DNA of 64,000 bases from Methylophilaceae bacterium (GCA_028351715.1 JAOMKM010000005.1:1283-65282); one strand, 5' to 3'. Shown: positions 1 to 10,514, counted from the first letter of the stretch. The notes: a model not told the origin generated them from the sequence alone. Translations and numbers: made by a program.

Positions 1-432
1 TAGCTCATATGAAATCCCCTCTTTAAATTCATTAAAGGGTAATCCTTCAGATTCGATTTTTACTCGAAGCTCATCTAATGTTAAATTATTTTTCTTAGCT
101 ATATTACTGACAACGCTATCTAAATATTGACTTTCTACTTTAATACCTATCATCTCAGCGTATTGAATAATTAATTTTTTTTCAATCAGACGATCTAATA
201 CTTCTTTTATCAAAACATCACGACTAGGGGCATCACGTTCTGCTTTTCGTAATTTTAAAAGAATGACATTTATGGCTTTTTCTAATTCATTTTTTGTAAC
301 AACTGATTTTTCAACAACAGCTACTACTCTATCTAGACTTTCATAATCCTCATAAGCTTTTAGATTAAATAATGTTCCAGGTACATTTATTATTATAAAA
401 ATTAATGTGGTAAGGATTTTCTTGTTGATCAA
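1..432 (-). CDS. surA: Periplasmic chaperone/PPIase SurA (runs off the window start)
   Basis: Hand translation from TTG at 432, overlapping the lptD stop: MINKKILTTLIFIII...YESLDRVVAVVEKSVVTKNEL, the SurA N-domain motif; canonical lptD-surA order. Not in the ORF track. Confidence 0.85.
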   Translation of the reverse strand, partial: MINKKILTTLIFIIINVPGTLFNLKAYEDYESLDRVVAVVEKSVVTKNELEKAINVILLKLRKAERDAPSRDVLIKEVLDRLIEKKLIIQYAEMIGIKVESQYLDSVVSNIAKKNNLTLDELRVKIESEGLPFNEFKEGISYEL

Positions 433-2684
433 TTGAAATTATCTTGTCTATATTTGTCTGGAAGATCAGATGTGGAGTATGATCCTGGAACATTTCTATT
501 GATTACGTCCATTAAGCTTGCCTTACTTGTTCCTAGTGAGCCTAAGCCTCCTAGTTCTAGCTGAAAGAATAGCGTGTAATTTGGTTTTTCTGTCGTCGCT
601 AAGGATAGACGATGGAATAAGATGCTTGATGACCAACATCCTGCATCGTAGGCTAGACCACCTAGGGCCTCAACCACTCCCGATTGCTTTATATCATAAT
701 TATATCTTCCCACAGTTGAATAACCTTTTCCTATAGGCCATTGTCCAGCTATATTTACTTGTTTAATATCATTTACACTTCCTGATGGACTTCTAATTAG
801 CCGATAACTAGCATCAATTAATTTTCCAGGTTCTGGTGAAAAATTAGATGATACAGTTGCTCGGTTTGTAGATCCTTCATCAGGATTATATTGTAACTCT
901 GTATCTATTGTTATTGCTGAACTTAGTCTTGCAAAAGCGAGCATAAATAAATCTGTTGAATCACTTTGATAAACTGAATTTGAAAATTGAGCTTCATTTA
1001 GAACTTTTCTATCATTAATATAAAACCTTTGAGCTAGAGTTGCGGAAAGTCTTTCCGTGCCAGTGATATCTATAAACCTTGTCGTTGCTGCAAGCGTAAA
1101 TTGATTGGCATCGATTACCCTATCCCCACCGACAAATTGATTTTCAGTAAAAATACTATTCTGATTAAGATCTAGTAGCCCAGTATCAAACATAGGAAGC
1201 ATTGATTGATTTCTATATGGAGTATATGTATAAAAAGCTCTAGGCTCTAAAGTTTGTGTAAAGTCGTTTCCACCGAATTTGAATTGCCGATCCAGGAAGA
1301 AGCCACTATCTAAAGACATTGTCGGTATTGCAAATTGCTTCGATGATGCATTACCATTTTCGAGGTCATAACTGCTTAAGTTCAAGCTAATTTTAGGGAT
1401 TAAATAGCCAAAATCTTTTTCAAAAGGTGCTGTTATACTTGGCTTTGCTACAAATCGCATACCTTTTGTATTATCTGATCCTGTGTAGTCATTATTTCTC
1501 TCAAATTGAGTTAGTGATAGGTTTAGCTTTGTCTCGTACTGATTTAATCCGAACCCATTTTCACTAACTTTTGAGTAGCTAGCAGAAATACTTGGTAGTC
1601 TTTCGTAAGGAGAGCTTGATGATAGATTCTGAAATTTTTGCGTAATTAAGTTTACGTCCCAATCTTGATTTACATAATTTAATTGAAGCTCTTGGGGTAA
1701 GCTTACTTGACTTGTTACCGATATTAGCGATTCAAGGTCTGAAAAATAATTATCATCGGAAACCTTCTCAATTCTCGCACTTGCTGTTAAGCCTTCAGCT
1801 AATTTGTGTTGGTGGTTTATTTTTACTAAGTAACGTGTGGTGCCACCTGCGTTATTGTCGTTATTTAATATTTCAGCTGAACTAACGCCACTAAAATTCT
1901 TATCCAGATAACGGTATTCTCCTTGAAGCTGAAGTCCACGTTTACTGAAATATCGTGGGGTAATAGTAGCATCAGATGTAGGTGATAAGTTCATATAATA
2001 TGGAACTGAAGTCTCAAAGCCGCTTCTTGATGTAGTTCCTATACTTGGTGCTAAAAAGCCTGATTTTCTTTCGTCATTAAATGAGAAGTTTACTAACGGT
2101 GAAAATAGAACTGGAACTCCCTTGAACTCTAGGGTTGCATTAGTTGCATCAACAGTTTTTGACCTTTCGTTAATTTCTATTTCAGAGGCATTAATAAACC
2201 AATCATCTTGCCCTGCATCACATGTTGTTATTGAGGCATCCTCTAATTTTTTCTTGTCTTCACCTTCTATAAACAATACTGCTGCAGAACCCCTTATATT
2301 TTCATTAAAAACAGAGCTAGAATTATTTAATCTAGTTATAAACGTTGCATTAGGCATTACACCTGTATTAGAATCTATTGATAGTTCAAGCTCTGTACCA
2401 GTTATTGTTGATGCATTGCCATCAAGCCTGACATTGCCTTTGGCGTATAATTCATCTGAAACTTGATCATATTCAATGATATCGGCTTGAATTGTTTTGC
2501 TACCTTTTTTTAAAATAGCATTTCCAGAAGCCTTCAGCTTTCTGTCCAACCTATTCTCTAGTGAATCACCTTCAATTAATATTTCATCGGAGTCTAATAG
2601 TTCGACTGCATTGGTTGTTGTGGCGAACGAAAGAGCACCAAGAAAGGTGGCCAAATACAAAAAAATGTATATGAATCGCAACAA
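429..2684 (-). CDS. lptD: LPS-assembly outer membrane protein LptD
   Basis: 751 aa, signal peptide, OstA-like N-domain, RKSGFLAP, SDDNYFSD, TLEPRAFY, GGDRVIDANQ, C-terminal YDAGCW/FFQLELGGLG. Confidence 0.95.
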   Translation of the reverse strand: MLRFIYIFLYLATFLGALSFATTTNAVELLDSDEILIEGDSLENRLDRKLKASGNAILKKGSKTIQADIIEYDQVSDELYAKGNVRLDGNASTITGTELELSIDSNTGVMPNATFITRLNNSSSVFNENIRGSAAVLFIEGEDKKKLEDASITTCDAGQDDWFINASEIEINERSKTVDATNATLEFKGVPVLFSPLVNFSFNDERKSGFLAPSIGTTSRSGFETSVPYYMNLSPTSDATITPRYFSKRGLQLQGEYRYLDKNFSGVSSAEILNNDNNAGGTTRYLVKINHQHKLAEGLTASARIEKVSDDNYFSDLESLISVTSQVSLPQELQLNYVNQDWDVNLITQKFQNLSSSSPYERLPSISASYSKVSENGFGLNQYETKLNLSLTQFERNNDYTGSDNTKGMRFVAKPSITAPFEKDFGYLIPKISLNLSSYDLENGNASSKQFAIPTMSLDSGFFLDRQFKFGGNDFTQTLEPRAFYTYTPYRNQSMLPMFDTGLLDLNQNSIFTENQFVGGDRVIDANQFTLAATTRFIDITGTERLSATLAQRFYINDRKVLNEAQFSNSVYQSDSTDLFMLAFARLSSAITIDTELQYNPDEGSTNRATVSSNFSPEPGKLIDASYRLIRSPSGSVNDIKQVNIAGQWPIGKGYSTVGRYNYDIKQSGVVEALGGLAYDAGCWSSSILFHRLSLATTEKPNYTLFFQLELGGLGSLGTSKASLMDVINRNVPGSYSTSDLPDKYRQDNFN

Positions 2685-2840
2685 AATATTAATCTAAACC
2701 TGATATAGTCATTTTAGTCATATTTATTTAATTAAGTACTTTAAGGCTATTTAAAAAAAGTAATATATAAATCAGTAAGTTATGAATTATAACTCAAGTA
2801 TTAAAAAAATCGATAATTCTAGTGAAATAATGAGGGTAGC

Positions 2841-3815
2841 GTGAATAGAGAAGAAGAAATTAGAGTATGGGTTAATAGCTACTTAAGAGAGGACTTTCAG
2901 TGGGAGCCTGCTTCAGCTGATGCAAGTTTTAGAAGTTACTTCAGGGTCTTTAAGGATAATCAAGCCTATATCTTAATGGATGCACCACCAAAAAAAGAAA
3001 GTACTCAACTTTTTCTTGATATCGCTAATCTATTTATCAATGCCCAGGTGAATGTCCCAGAAATATATAAATTTGATACTAAATTGGGTGTAATTTTAAT
3101 GCAAGATTTTGGCTCTACAACTTACCTTGATGCCATTAATAAAGAAAATGCTAGAAATCTCTATGGAGACGCAGTAAGGGCTCTCATTTCAATTCAAAAG
3201 AATGTGGGTACAAAAAAAATGCAGCATTACGATGAAAATAAATTATATGAGGAAATGAATCTATTTATTGAGTGGTATTTTCTTAGGTATAAAAATATTT
3301 CACTATCTAAGACAGATAGAGCTACTTTGGATAATTTCTTTAAATGGATTGCTAAGAAATTGAGCTTGCAGCCTCAGGTCGTTGTTCATAGAGACTACCA
3401 TTCAAGAAATTTGATGTTTTTACCTAATACAAAAAAAAATCCAGGGATTTTAGATTTTCAGGATGCCTTGGTTGGCCCTATAACTTATGATTTAGTTTCA
3501 TTGCTGAAAGATGCATACATTGAATGGGATGAGGAGTTTATAATTGATCAATCCGTTCGTTATTGGCAGGAATCTAAGAGAGAAAACCTACCAGTTCATA
3601 ATGATTTTTCTGATTTCTATGAAGATTTTGAGTGGATGGGTGTACAAAGGCATCTTAAAATTCTTGGTATATTTTCTAGGCTATCTATTCGAGATAAAAA
3701 AAATCAATACCTCGAAGATATCCCATTGGTAGAAAAATATTTGTGGAATACTGTATGTAGATATAAGGAGTTATTTCCTTTGAGAAATTTCTTAGATAAA
3801 GTAATCGTAAAATGA
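2841..3815 (+). CDS. amgK: Anomeric MurNAc/GlcNAc kinase (aminoglycoside phosphotransferase family)
   Basis: ASADASFRSYFR, MDAPP, HRDYHSRNLM, LDFQDA, QRHLKILGIFSRL; divergent from lptD and followed by murU. Confidence 0.88.
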   Translation: MNREEEIRVWVNSYLREDFQWEPASADASFRSYFRVFKDNQAYILMDAPPKKESTQLFLDIANLFINAQVNVPEIYKFDTKLGVILMQDFGSTTYLDAINKENARNLYGDAVRALISIQKNVGTKKMQHYDENKLYEEMNLFIEWYFLRYKNISLSKTDRATLDNFFKWIAKKLSLQPQVVVHRDYHSRNLMFLPNTKKNPGILDFQDALVGPITYDLVSLLKDAYIEWDEEFIIDQSVRYWQESKRENLPVHNDFSDFYEDFEWMGVQRHLKILGIFSRLSIRDKKNQYLEDIPLVEKYLWNTVCRYKELFPLRNFLDKVIVK

Positions 3816-4483
3816 ATAAATCTGTGATGATATTAGCCGCAGGCAGGGGAGAAAGGATGGGTAATCTAACTAAAGAGACCCCAAAGCCGCTATTAATTTT
3901 TAAAGGCAAGCCATTAATTGTCTGGCATATTGAGAAATTAGCTGCGGCTGGATTTAAAGATATAGTAATTAATGTCTCCTATTTAGCGGAAAAAATTAAA
4001 AGCTATCTTGCAAATGGCTCTCAATGGGGGGTCCAGATTAATTTTTCAGATGAAAATCCAGTCCTAGAAACTGCAGGTGGCATCAAAAACGCACTCCCTT
4101 TACTTAAATCAGACCCATTTTTAGTTATAAATAGTGATATCTATTCGGACATGGATTATGCTGAGCTATACGAACATGACCTTCCAAATAATATTGAGGG
4201 TTTCCTATTTTTTGTTAAAAATCCAGCACATAACCCTAAGGGAGATTTTTTATTAAGTAATGATGGAGAAGTTTTTAATGAGGGAGTTATAAAAAAAACA
4301 TTCTCAGGAGTTGCGCTTTATAGGCCTAATTTTTTTTATGATTTACCTAGTAATGAATCTATTAAATTATCAGATGTTTTAAAAGAGAAAGTTGCAAAAA
4401 AATTAATAAAAGGAAAGTTGTTTAATGGTTTATGGATTGATATTGGAACCCCTGAGAGATTAATGGGTCAAGATAACTTATAA
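3812..4483 (+). CDS. murU: MurNAc-alpha-1-phosphate uridylyltransferase
   Basis: ILAAGRGERM..TPKPL, LETAGGI, NPAHNPKGDF, WIDIGTPERL; coupled to amgK. Confidence 0.88.
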   Translation: MNKSVMILAAGRGERMGNLTKETPKPLLIFKGKPLIVWHIEKLAAAGFKDIVINVSYLAEKIKSYLANGSQWGVQINFSDENPVLETAGGIKNALPLLKSDPFLVINSDIYSDMDYAELYEHDLPNNIEGFLFFVKNPAHNPKGDFLLSNDGEVFNEGVIKKTFSGVALYRPNFFYDLPSNESIKLSDVLKEKVAKKLIKGKLFNGLWIDIGTPERLMGQDNL

Positions 4484-4516
4484 TAATTTCTATTTTAAAT
4501 ATAAAGAATAAATAAA

Positions 4517-5833
4517 TTGAAATCAAAATACAACGAATTTTGTAAACGAAGAAGCCTTCTACAATCGAAGATCGGAGATGGTGTAGCTATAATATTTAAT
4601 ACTGAAAAGATTTCTCGAAATCGGGATAGTCACTTTAAATTTAGGTCCGACAGTTACTTTCATTATTTATCTGGCTTTCCAGAATCAGATGCAGTTTTGT
4701 TTGTTGTAGGTGGAAAGACACCTTTTTCAATCTTATTTTGCCAACAAAAGAATAAGGAAAAAGAAATTTGGGATGGTTTTATATATGGTCCCATTGAAGC
4801 CAAAGAAACATTTCTTATTGAAGAGGCTCATCCCTTAGAAAAGATGAACGAAATTGCTATAAAATTAATAGCAAATCGAAAAAAGATTTTTATCTTATCA
4901 GACAATACTTCAAAACAGCAGAAACTAATTAATAAATGGATTAATTTTAATAAACAACAAAAAAGAGCAGGAATTCGTACCCCTGAAATAGTTGTTGATT
5001 TAGCAAGTATTTTGGACCCTATGAGAGTGGTTAAGAGCCCATATGAAATAAAATTAATGCAGAAATCTGCTGATATTGCTTCAGAAGCTCATATTCAGGG
5101 AATGAGAAATGTTCTACCTGGGAAATATGAGTATCAAGTTGAGGGGGAAATTCTCAATCATTTCATCCAAAATGGAGCAGGAGATCCTGCTTATCAATCA
5201 ATTGTTGCAGGCGGTAAAAATGCTTGCACACTTCATTATATTACTAATAATCAAAAGATGATAAGTGGAGATTTACTGCTAGTTGATGCTGGGTGTGAAT
5301 ATGAGCTGTATGCTTCGGATATAACAAGAACATACCCAATAAATGGAAAATTTACTTCAGCACAAAAGAATATATACGAGATGGTTTTGCTAGCTCAGAA
5401 AAAAGCAATCGAAGAAGCAAAGAGTGGAAAGCTTTTTAATTCACCACATAAGGCTGCATTGAGTGTAATTATTGATGGGTTAATTGACTTAAAATTATGT
5501 AATGGAAGTCGAGATGAAATTGAAGATAAGGAAACGTATAAAAATTTTTTCATGCATCGTACGAGTCATTGGTTAGGTCTTGATGTTCACGATGCAGGAA
5601 ATTATGTAGACACCGATGGCCAATCAATTAAATTAATTGATGGAAATGTACTAACCATTGAACCTGGCTGCTATATTCAGCCAAGCCAAGATACTCCAAA
5701 AGAATTTTGGGGTATAGGGGTTCGGATCGAAGATGATGTTCTTATTAATAAAAATAATCCTGTAGTGCTAACAGAAAAAGCTCCAAAAGAAATATCTGAC
5801 CTGGAGATGTTTGTTGGCAAAAAAAATGAATAA
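4517..5833 (+). CDS. pepP: Xaa-Pro aminopeptidase P
   Basis: M24 motifs DAGCEY..SDITRT, HRTSHWLGLDVHD, TIEPG, GVRIEDD. Confidence 0.93.
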   Translation: MKSKYNEFCKRRSLLQSKIGDGVAIIFNTEKISRNRDSHFKFRSDSYFHYLSGFPESDAVLFVVGGKTPFSILFCQQKNKEKEIWDGFIYGPIEAKETFLIEEAHPLEKMNEIAIKLIANRKKIFILSDNTSKQQKLINKWINFNKQQKRAGIRTPEIVVDLASILDPMRVVKSPYEIKLMQKSADIASEAHIQGMRNVLPGKYEYQVEGEILNHFIQNGAGDPAYQSIVAGGKNACTLHYITNNQKMISGDLLLVDAGCEYELYASDITRTYPINGKFTSAQKNIYEMVLLAQKKAIEEAKSGKLFNSPHKAALSVIIDGLIDLKLCNGSRDEIEDKETYKNFFMHRTSHWLGLDVHDAGNYVDTDGQSIKLIDGNVLTIEPGCYIQPSQDTPKEFWGIGVRIEDDVLINKNNPVVLTEKAPKEISDLEMFVGKKNE

Positions 5834-6986
5834 GCAAATAGTAATTATTGGAGCTGGTCCAGCCGGTTTAATTTTTTCACTGCTTAGCTCCACATCGAAT
5901 AATTCTATTTCATTGGTTGAGAGCCGTCAGGCATTCGAAAGAAAAAATGATAAACGTGCATTAGCGTTATCAGCTAGCAGTCGATACATCCTTGAAAAAA
6001 TTGATATATGGAACAATATAGAAGATAAAATTATTCCAATTAAGTCTATACATACATCCCAAAAGGGCACATTTGGACGCTCTAAATTGAGGGCCGATGA
6101 ATTTAATACAGAGGCATTAGGCTATATCATAGCTTATGGAGACTTAATAGCAGCTCTAGAAGAGAAAGTAAGGATACAAAATAAAATAAAATTATTCTAT
6201 GAGGCTAAAGTCGAAAAAATTGATGATATAACAGACGATAAACAGAAAATTATTTGTCATCAGGCTAATAAACTATTAACTCTTGATTGCAATCTTCTTG
6301 TTTTAGCTGATGGAGGACATTCACGTATAGATGGATTAAACATTGCAAAAGAAGAAAAGGTAATCAATCATTTAGCAATAGTTACTCAGGTTCACTCTGA
6401 TAAACCCCATAAAAATATTGCATTTGAAAGATTTACATCTAGTGGACCAATCGCACTGTTACCCAATCATAAAGGAGCTTATTCCTTGGTTTGGACCGGT
6501 CCTAAGGATAAAATAAATAATCTGGTAGCTTTGGATAAAAAGATCTTTTTAAAAGCTCTACAGGAAGAATTTGGAGAAAGAGCAGGGCAATTTAAGTCCT
6601 GTGAGAAAAGGATTAGTTTTTCTTTAGTTCAATCATCAATTGTGACCATCCATAATAAAAATGTTGTGGCTATTGGAAATGCAGCTCAAATAATGCACCC
6701 GGTTGCAGGCCAAGGCTTAAACACAGGACTAAGAGATGCGTTGTCATTATCAGACCTAATTATCAGTAATGAAGCGATACAATCTTCAGACGAACTAATA
6801 AAAAGTTATTTAGAATCAAGAAGAGTGGAAACAGAGAGTATGTTAAAAATAACAGAAGGATTAACTACATTATTTACAAATGATTTTATTGGAATTAACA
6901 GATTAAGGGGTTTAGCTTTAGCAATATTGGACTGTACTCCAATATTGAAGAAAAAATTTGTTCAGAAAATGAGCTATGGAAAATAA
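5826..6986 (+). CDS. ubiH: UbiH-family FAD-dependent ubiquinone hydroxylase
   Basis: GAGPAG, LADGG, AFERFTSSGPIALLP, GNAAQIMHPVAGQGLNTGLRD; pepP-ubiH order. Start placed at the second Met (ORF track starts 5811). Confidence 0.85.
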   Translation: MNKQIVIIGAGPAGLIFSLLSSTSNNSISLVESRQAFERKNDKRALALSASSRYILEKIDIWNNIEDKIIPIKSIHTSQKGTFGRSKLRADEFNTEALGYIIAYGDLIAALEEKVRIQNKIKLFYEAKVEKIDDITDDKQKIICHQANKLLTLDCNLLVLADGGHSRIDGLNIAKEEKVINHLAIVTQVHSDKPHKNIAFERFTSSGPIALLPNHKGAYSLVWTGPKDKINNLVALDKKIFLKALQEEFGERAGQFKSCEKRISFSLVQSSIVTIHNKNVVAIGNAAQIMHPVAGQGLNTGLRDALSLSDLIISNEAIQSSDELIKSYLESRRVETESMLKITEGLTTLFTNDFIGINRLRGLALAILDCTPILKKKFVQKMSYGK

Positions 6987-8118
6987 AAATATCGAACCTG
7001 TTATTGTCTTGGGTAGCGGAATAGTCGCTGGCCTGACATCAAAAATGCTAGTTAATAAAGGATTTGATGTTATTCGAGTGATAAATCGAAAGATTAAACC
7101 ACGCAATAAAATTTTTGCAATCGCTCCATCATCAATGGCCTGGTTCAAAAATATTGGACTTTCAGAATTTCTTACCAAACAGAGTTACCCGATAAAAAAA
7201 ATTGATATTTATTATGGTAAAGAAAAAAAAAGTCTAAGATTTGATTCCAATGATTCTTATAAAAATGCATTAGCTTTTATGGTAAAGGAAAAAGACTTAT
7301 CAGAGGCTATAGATTTATCACTAAATGAGTCGAGTATAAAATTTTTATATAAAAATGAAATAATATTAGAGAATCATGAAGATCATATAAAAATTACTAA
7401 CAATGAAGAAGAGATTAAATCAAACATTTGTCTTTGGTGTGACAGTTCAAATTTTGATGATGTATACCAACACAAAATTAAAGGAAATAGAAAGGATTTT
7501 TGTCAGCAAGCAATTACTTTTAATTTTATCAAAGATGGGAATGAAGTAAATCATGCAAAACAATATTTCTTTGGTGATAGCATTCTAGCCCTGTTGCCAA
7601 TATCCAAAAATGAAATATCTGTAGTTTGGTCATGCGATGATAAGCTTGCTGATAAATTAAGGGTGTTTGATGATGAAAGCTTCATAATTGAATTTAAATC
7701 AAGAATAAATTTCGGCAAGCAATTAATATCAAGTATTGGAAGGCGAAGCTACTTTCCAATTAAACAAGTTTTATCAGAAAGTCTATTCGATAAAAGAATT
7801 TTACTTATTGGTGATGCGGCACATACCATCCATCCTATGGCAGGGCAGGGATTAAATTTAGGAATTAGAGACATAAAAAGTTTAGAGGAGCTTATGAAGA
7901 CAACTAAGTATAATGATATTGGTATAAAAGGATTCTTGAGAAAGTATGAGCGCTCTAGACGTCTTGATATCCAGCAATTCTCAAAATTAACAACATCATT
8001 GCAATGGTTATTTTCTTCACCAAATAATGTAATTCAAGAAATAACCCGAGAAGGGCTTAAGTTAGTCGATAATAATCATTCAATTAAAAATTTTTTTATA
8101 AGAAAGGCAACAACATGA
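6976..8118 (+). CDS. Second UbiH/UbiI/UbiF-family FAD hydroxylase (divergent)
   Basis: GDAAHTIHPMAGQGLNLGIRD, LRKYERSRR; occupies the ubiI/visC position; N-terminal motifs degenerate. Confidence 0.8.
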   Translation: MENKNIEPVIVLGSGIVAGLTSKMLVNKGFDVIRVINRKIKPRNKIFAIAPSSMAWFKNIGLSEFLTKQSYPIKKIDIYYGKEKKSLRFDSNDSYKNALAFMVKEKDLSEAIDLSLNESSIKFLYKNEIILENHEDHIKITNNEEEIKSNICLWCDSSNFDDVYQHKIKGNRKDFCQQAITFNFIKDGNEVNHAKQYFFGDSILALLPISKNEISVVWSCDDKLADKLRVFDDESFIIEFKSRINFGKQLISSIGRRSYFPIKQVLSESLFDKRILLIGDAAHTIHPMAGQGLNLGIRDIKSLEELMKTTKYNDIGIKGFLRKYERSRRLDIQQFSKLTTSLQWLFSSPNNVIQEITREGLKLVDNNHSIKNFFIRKATT

Positions 8119-8807
8119 AGATTATATTTACCATTTTATTCTTTACTTTTTCATCATTAGTATTTTCAAATGAAAAAGAATTACAAGAAAAAATCAATCA
8201 AAGCTATCCTGATTTAGTAATTAAAAGTATACAAAAGACAGACTTTAACGACCTTTATGAAGTGCTTATTTCAGGCCAAATTATTTATACAAATAAGGAT
8301 TTTTCTTTCTTGATTGTTGAGGGGAGGGTGGTTGATCCTAAAACTAAGATCGATATTACAAGCGATAGACTTGAGGAGTTAACTAGAGTTAATTTTTCAA
8401 AGCTTCCGTTTGATAAAGCTATTAAAGTTGTTAAGGGTAACGGAGAAAGAAAAATCGCTATTTTCTCTGATGTTGATTGCCCATTCTGTAAGAAATTAGA
8501 AAAAGAAGCGCTCTCAGAATTAGATAATATTACAATCTATACTTTTTTATTTCCTCTGGCGATTCACCCTAAAGCAGAGATGAGGTCAAACAAAATTTGG
8601 TGCGCAGAGGATAAAGAAGCAGCTTGGAACGACTACATGCTAAAAAATAAAGTGGCTGATAATAAAGGTGATTGTAAAACTCCGATTTCAGATATATTGA
8701 TACTTGGCAGAGACTTAGGTATTAGCTCAACCCCTACAATTATATTTTCATCAGGCAAGAAAATTCCAGGCGCTATTCCTTTAAAAGAGATAGAAAAGTA
8801 TATATAG
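8115..8807 (+). CDS. dsbC: Disulfide isomerase DsbC
   Basis: Signal peptide, FSDVDCPFCKKL, IWC..C, STPT. Confidence 0.9.
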   Translation: MKIIFTILFFTFSSLVFSNEKELQEKINQSYPDLVIKSIQKTDFNDLYEVLISGQIIYTNKDFSFLIVEGRVVDPKTKIDITSDRLEELTRVNFSKLPFDKAIKVVKGNGERKIAIFSDVDCPFCKKLEKEALSELDNITIYTFLFPLAIHPKAEMRSNKIWCAEDKEAAWNDYMLKNKVADNKGDCKTPISDILILGRDLGISSTPTIIFSSGKKIPGAIPLKEIEKYI

Positions 8808-8833
8808 ATTAAGCTTTAAAAAAATAAAATTGC

Positions 8834-8862
8834 TTGACATATTAAATGAATACGCGTACAAA
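8834..8862 (+). promoter_or_regulatory. Sigma70-like promoter of the cold-shock gene
   Basis: TTGACA (8834-8839), 17-bp spacer, TACAAA (8857-8862), A-rich upstream. Confidence 0.65.
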
Positions 8863-8983
8863 ACTCTTCAGGCGCTTGTTTTTTATATAAATGACTTTGT
8901 GTTGCTTAATTTATTTTAATTTTCACATTCTTGCGGAATTCAAGCTTTAGGGTGCCTCCCAAATTTGTAAAGGATTTATCGTA

Positions 8984-9190
8984 ATGGCTACAGGAACAGT
9001 TAAATGGTTTAATGATTCAAAAGGTTTTGGTTTTATCACTCCCGATGATGGTGGTGATGATTTATTTGCTCACTTTTCAGCTATTGTTGACGAGGGATAT
9101 AAAAGTTTAAAAGAAGGCGCGCGAGTGTCTTTTGAAGTTACTGATGGCCCTAAGGGTCAACAAGCTTCAAACATCCAACCAGCTGATTAG
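8984..9190 (+). CDS. Cold-shock domain protein (CspA/CspD family)
   Basis: [12 protein letters not shown] (RNP1), LFAHFSAI (RNP2), GPKG. Confidence 0.95.
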   Translation: MATGTVKWFNDSKGFGFITPDDGGDDLFAHFSAIVDEGYKSLKEGARVSFEVTDGPKGQQASNIQPAD

Positions 9191-9195
9191 GTTAT

Positions 9196-9226
9196 AAAAC
9201 AGGCTCTTTTTAAAAGAGCCTTTTTT
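9196..9226. terminator. Intrinsic terminator between convergent csp and icd
   Basis: AGGCTCTTTT/AAAAGAGCCT inverted repeat followed by a T-run; A-run on the left side. Confidence 0.8.
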
Positions 9227-10487
9227 ACATATTCGTAATTAATGCAGATGCAAATTCTTTTGTCGTCAATGATTTGCACCCGTCTACTTGTGCGGCCAAG
9301 TCAAATGTCATCTTTCGTTCTTTGAGTGTTTTTTCATAAGATCTGTTTACAATTTCTGAAGCATCGTCCCATCCAATATATTCAAGCATCATTTGTGCTG
9401 ATAGAATAATTGAGCTTGGATTTGCTATGTTCATTCCTGCTATTGATGGGGCTGTCCCATGTGTTGCTTCAAATATAGCAGTTGTATCAGATAAATTTGC
9501 TCCTGGCGATATTCCGATTCCCCCAACTTGAGCTGCTAATGCGTCAGATATGTAATCACCGTTTAAGTTCAAGGTGGCAACAACGTCATGGTCTTTAGGT
9601 TTTAGTAGAATATCCTGAAGAAATGCATCAGCAATCATATCCTTAACGATAAGTTTATTTGCAATGCCATTAATTTTTTTACTGACTGTTATTTCATAAA
9701 AGCCTTCATTATTTCTAACAGCCCCAAATTCTTTTTCAACAAGTTCATAGCCCCAATCTCTGAAGCCACCTTCTGTGTACTTCATGATATTACCTTTGTG
9801 CGCAAGGGTAACAGATTTCCGATTATTTCTTATGGCATATTCTACAGCTTTCCTAATTAACCTTTGACTTCCTTCTTTTGAAACAGGCTTAATACCTAAC
9901 GCAGATGTATCGGGGAACCTTATTTTATTACTTACCCCGAATGAGTGAAGTAATTCGATAATTTTTTTTGTTTCATTTGAATTGGATGGGAATTCTATGC
10001 CCGCATATATATCTTCTGTATTTTCCCTAAATATAACCATATTAGTATCTTGAGGTCGTTTTAGTGGACTGGGTGCCCCATCAAAATACCTTATAGGTCT
10101 AAGACATACAAATAAATCAAGCTGTTGCCTTAAAGCAACATTAAGAGATCGAATACCTCCACCTATAGGGGTTGCTAGTGGACCCTTAATTGATACTACA
10201 TAGTCTTTTAATGCTTTAACAGTTTCTTCTGGGAGCCATATAGTGTCACCATAAACTTTAGTGGCTTTTTCACCAGCATAGACTTCCATCCAAGCAATTT
10301 TTTTTGTATTCCCATATGCTTTTTTTATAGATTCATCAATAACCTCTTGCATAACAGGAGTAATATCAGACCCAATTCCATCACCGGTAATAAAAGGTAT
10401 GATTGGATTGTTAGGAATCTCTAACATTAAGTTAGAATTAACATTTATTGCTTGTCCTGTTATAGGAATTTGAATTTTGCTAGCCAT
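9225..10487 (-). CDS. icd: Homodimeric isocitrate dehydrogenase
   Basis: GDGIG, KGPLATPIGGGIRSLNVALRQ, HKGNIMK, NLNGDYISDALAAQVGG, EATHGTAP. Confidence 0.95.
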   Translation of the reverse strand: MASKIQIPITGQAINVNSNLMLEIPNNPIIPFITGDGIGSDITPVMQEVIDESIKKAYGNTKKIAWMEVYAGEKATKVYGDTIWLPEETVKALKDYVVSIKGPLATPIGGGIRSLNVALRQQLDLFVCLRPIRYFDGAPSPLKRPQDTNMVIFRENTEDIYAGIEFPSNSNETKKIIELLHSFGVSNKIRFPDTSALGIKPVSKEGSQRLIRKAVEYAIRNNRKSVTLAHKGNIMKYTEGGFRDWGYELVEKEFGAVRNNEGFYEITVSKKINGIANKLIVKDMIADAFLQDILLKPKDHDVVATLNLNGDYISDALAAQVGGIGISPGANLSDTTAIFEATHGTAPSIAGMNIANPSSIILSAQMMLEYIGWDDASEIVNRSYEKTLKERKMTFDLAAQVDGCKSLTTKEFASALITNM

Positions 10488-10514
10488 ATACTTATTGTCT
10501 CTCTCTAGTAATTT

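Noticed and set aside
2841-3815. Aminoglycoside resistance kinase
   Set aside because: Motifs and the lptD/murU context identify it as the housekeeping peptidoglycan-recycling kinase AmgK
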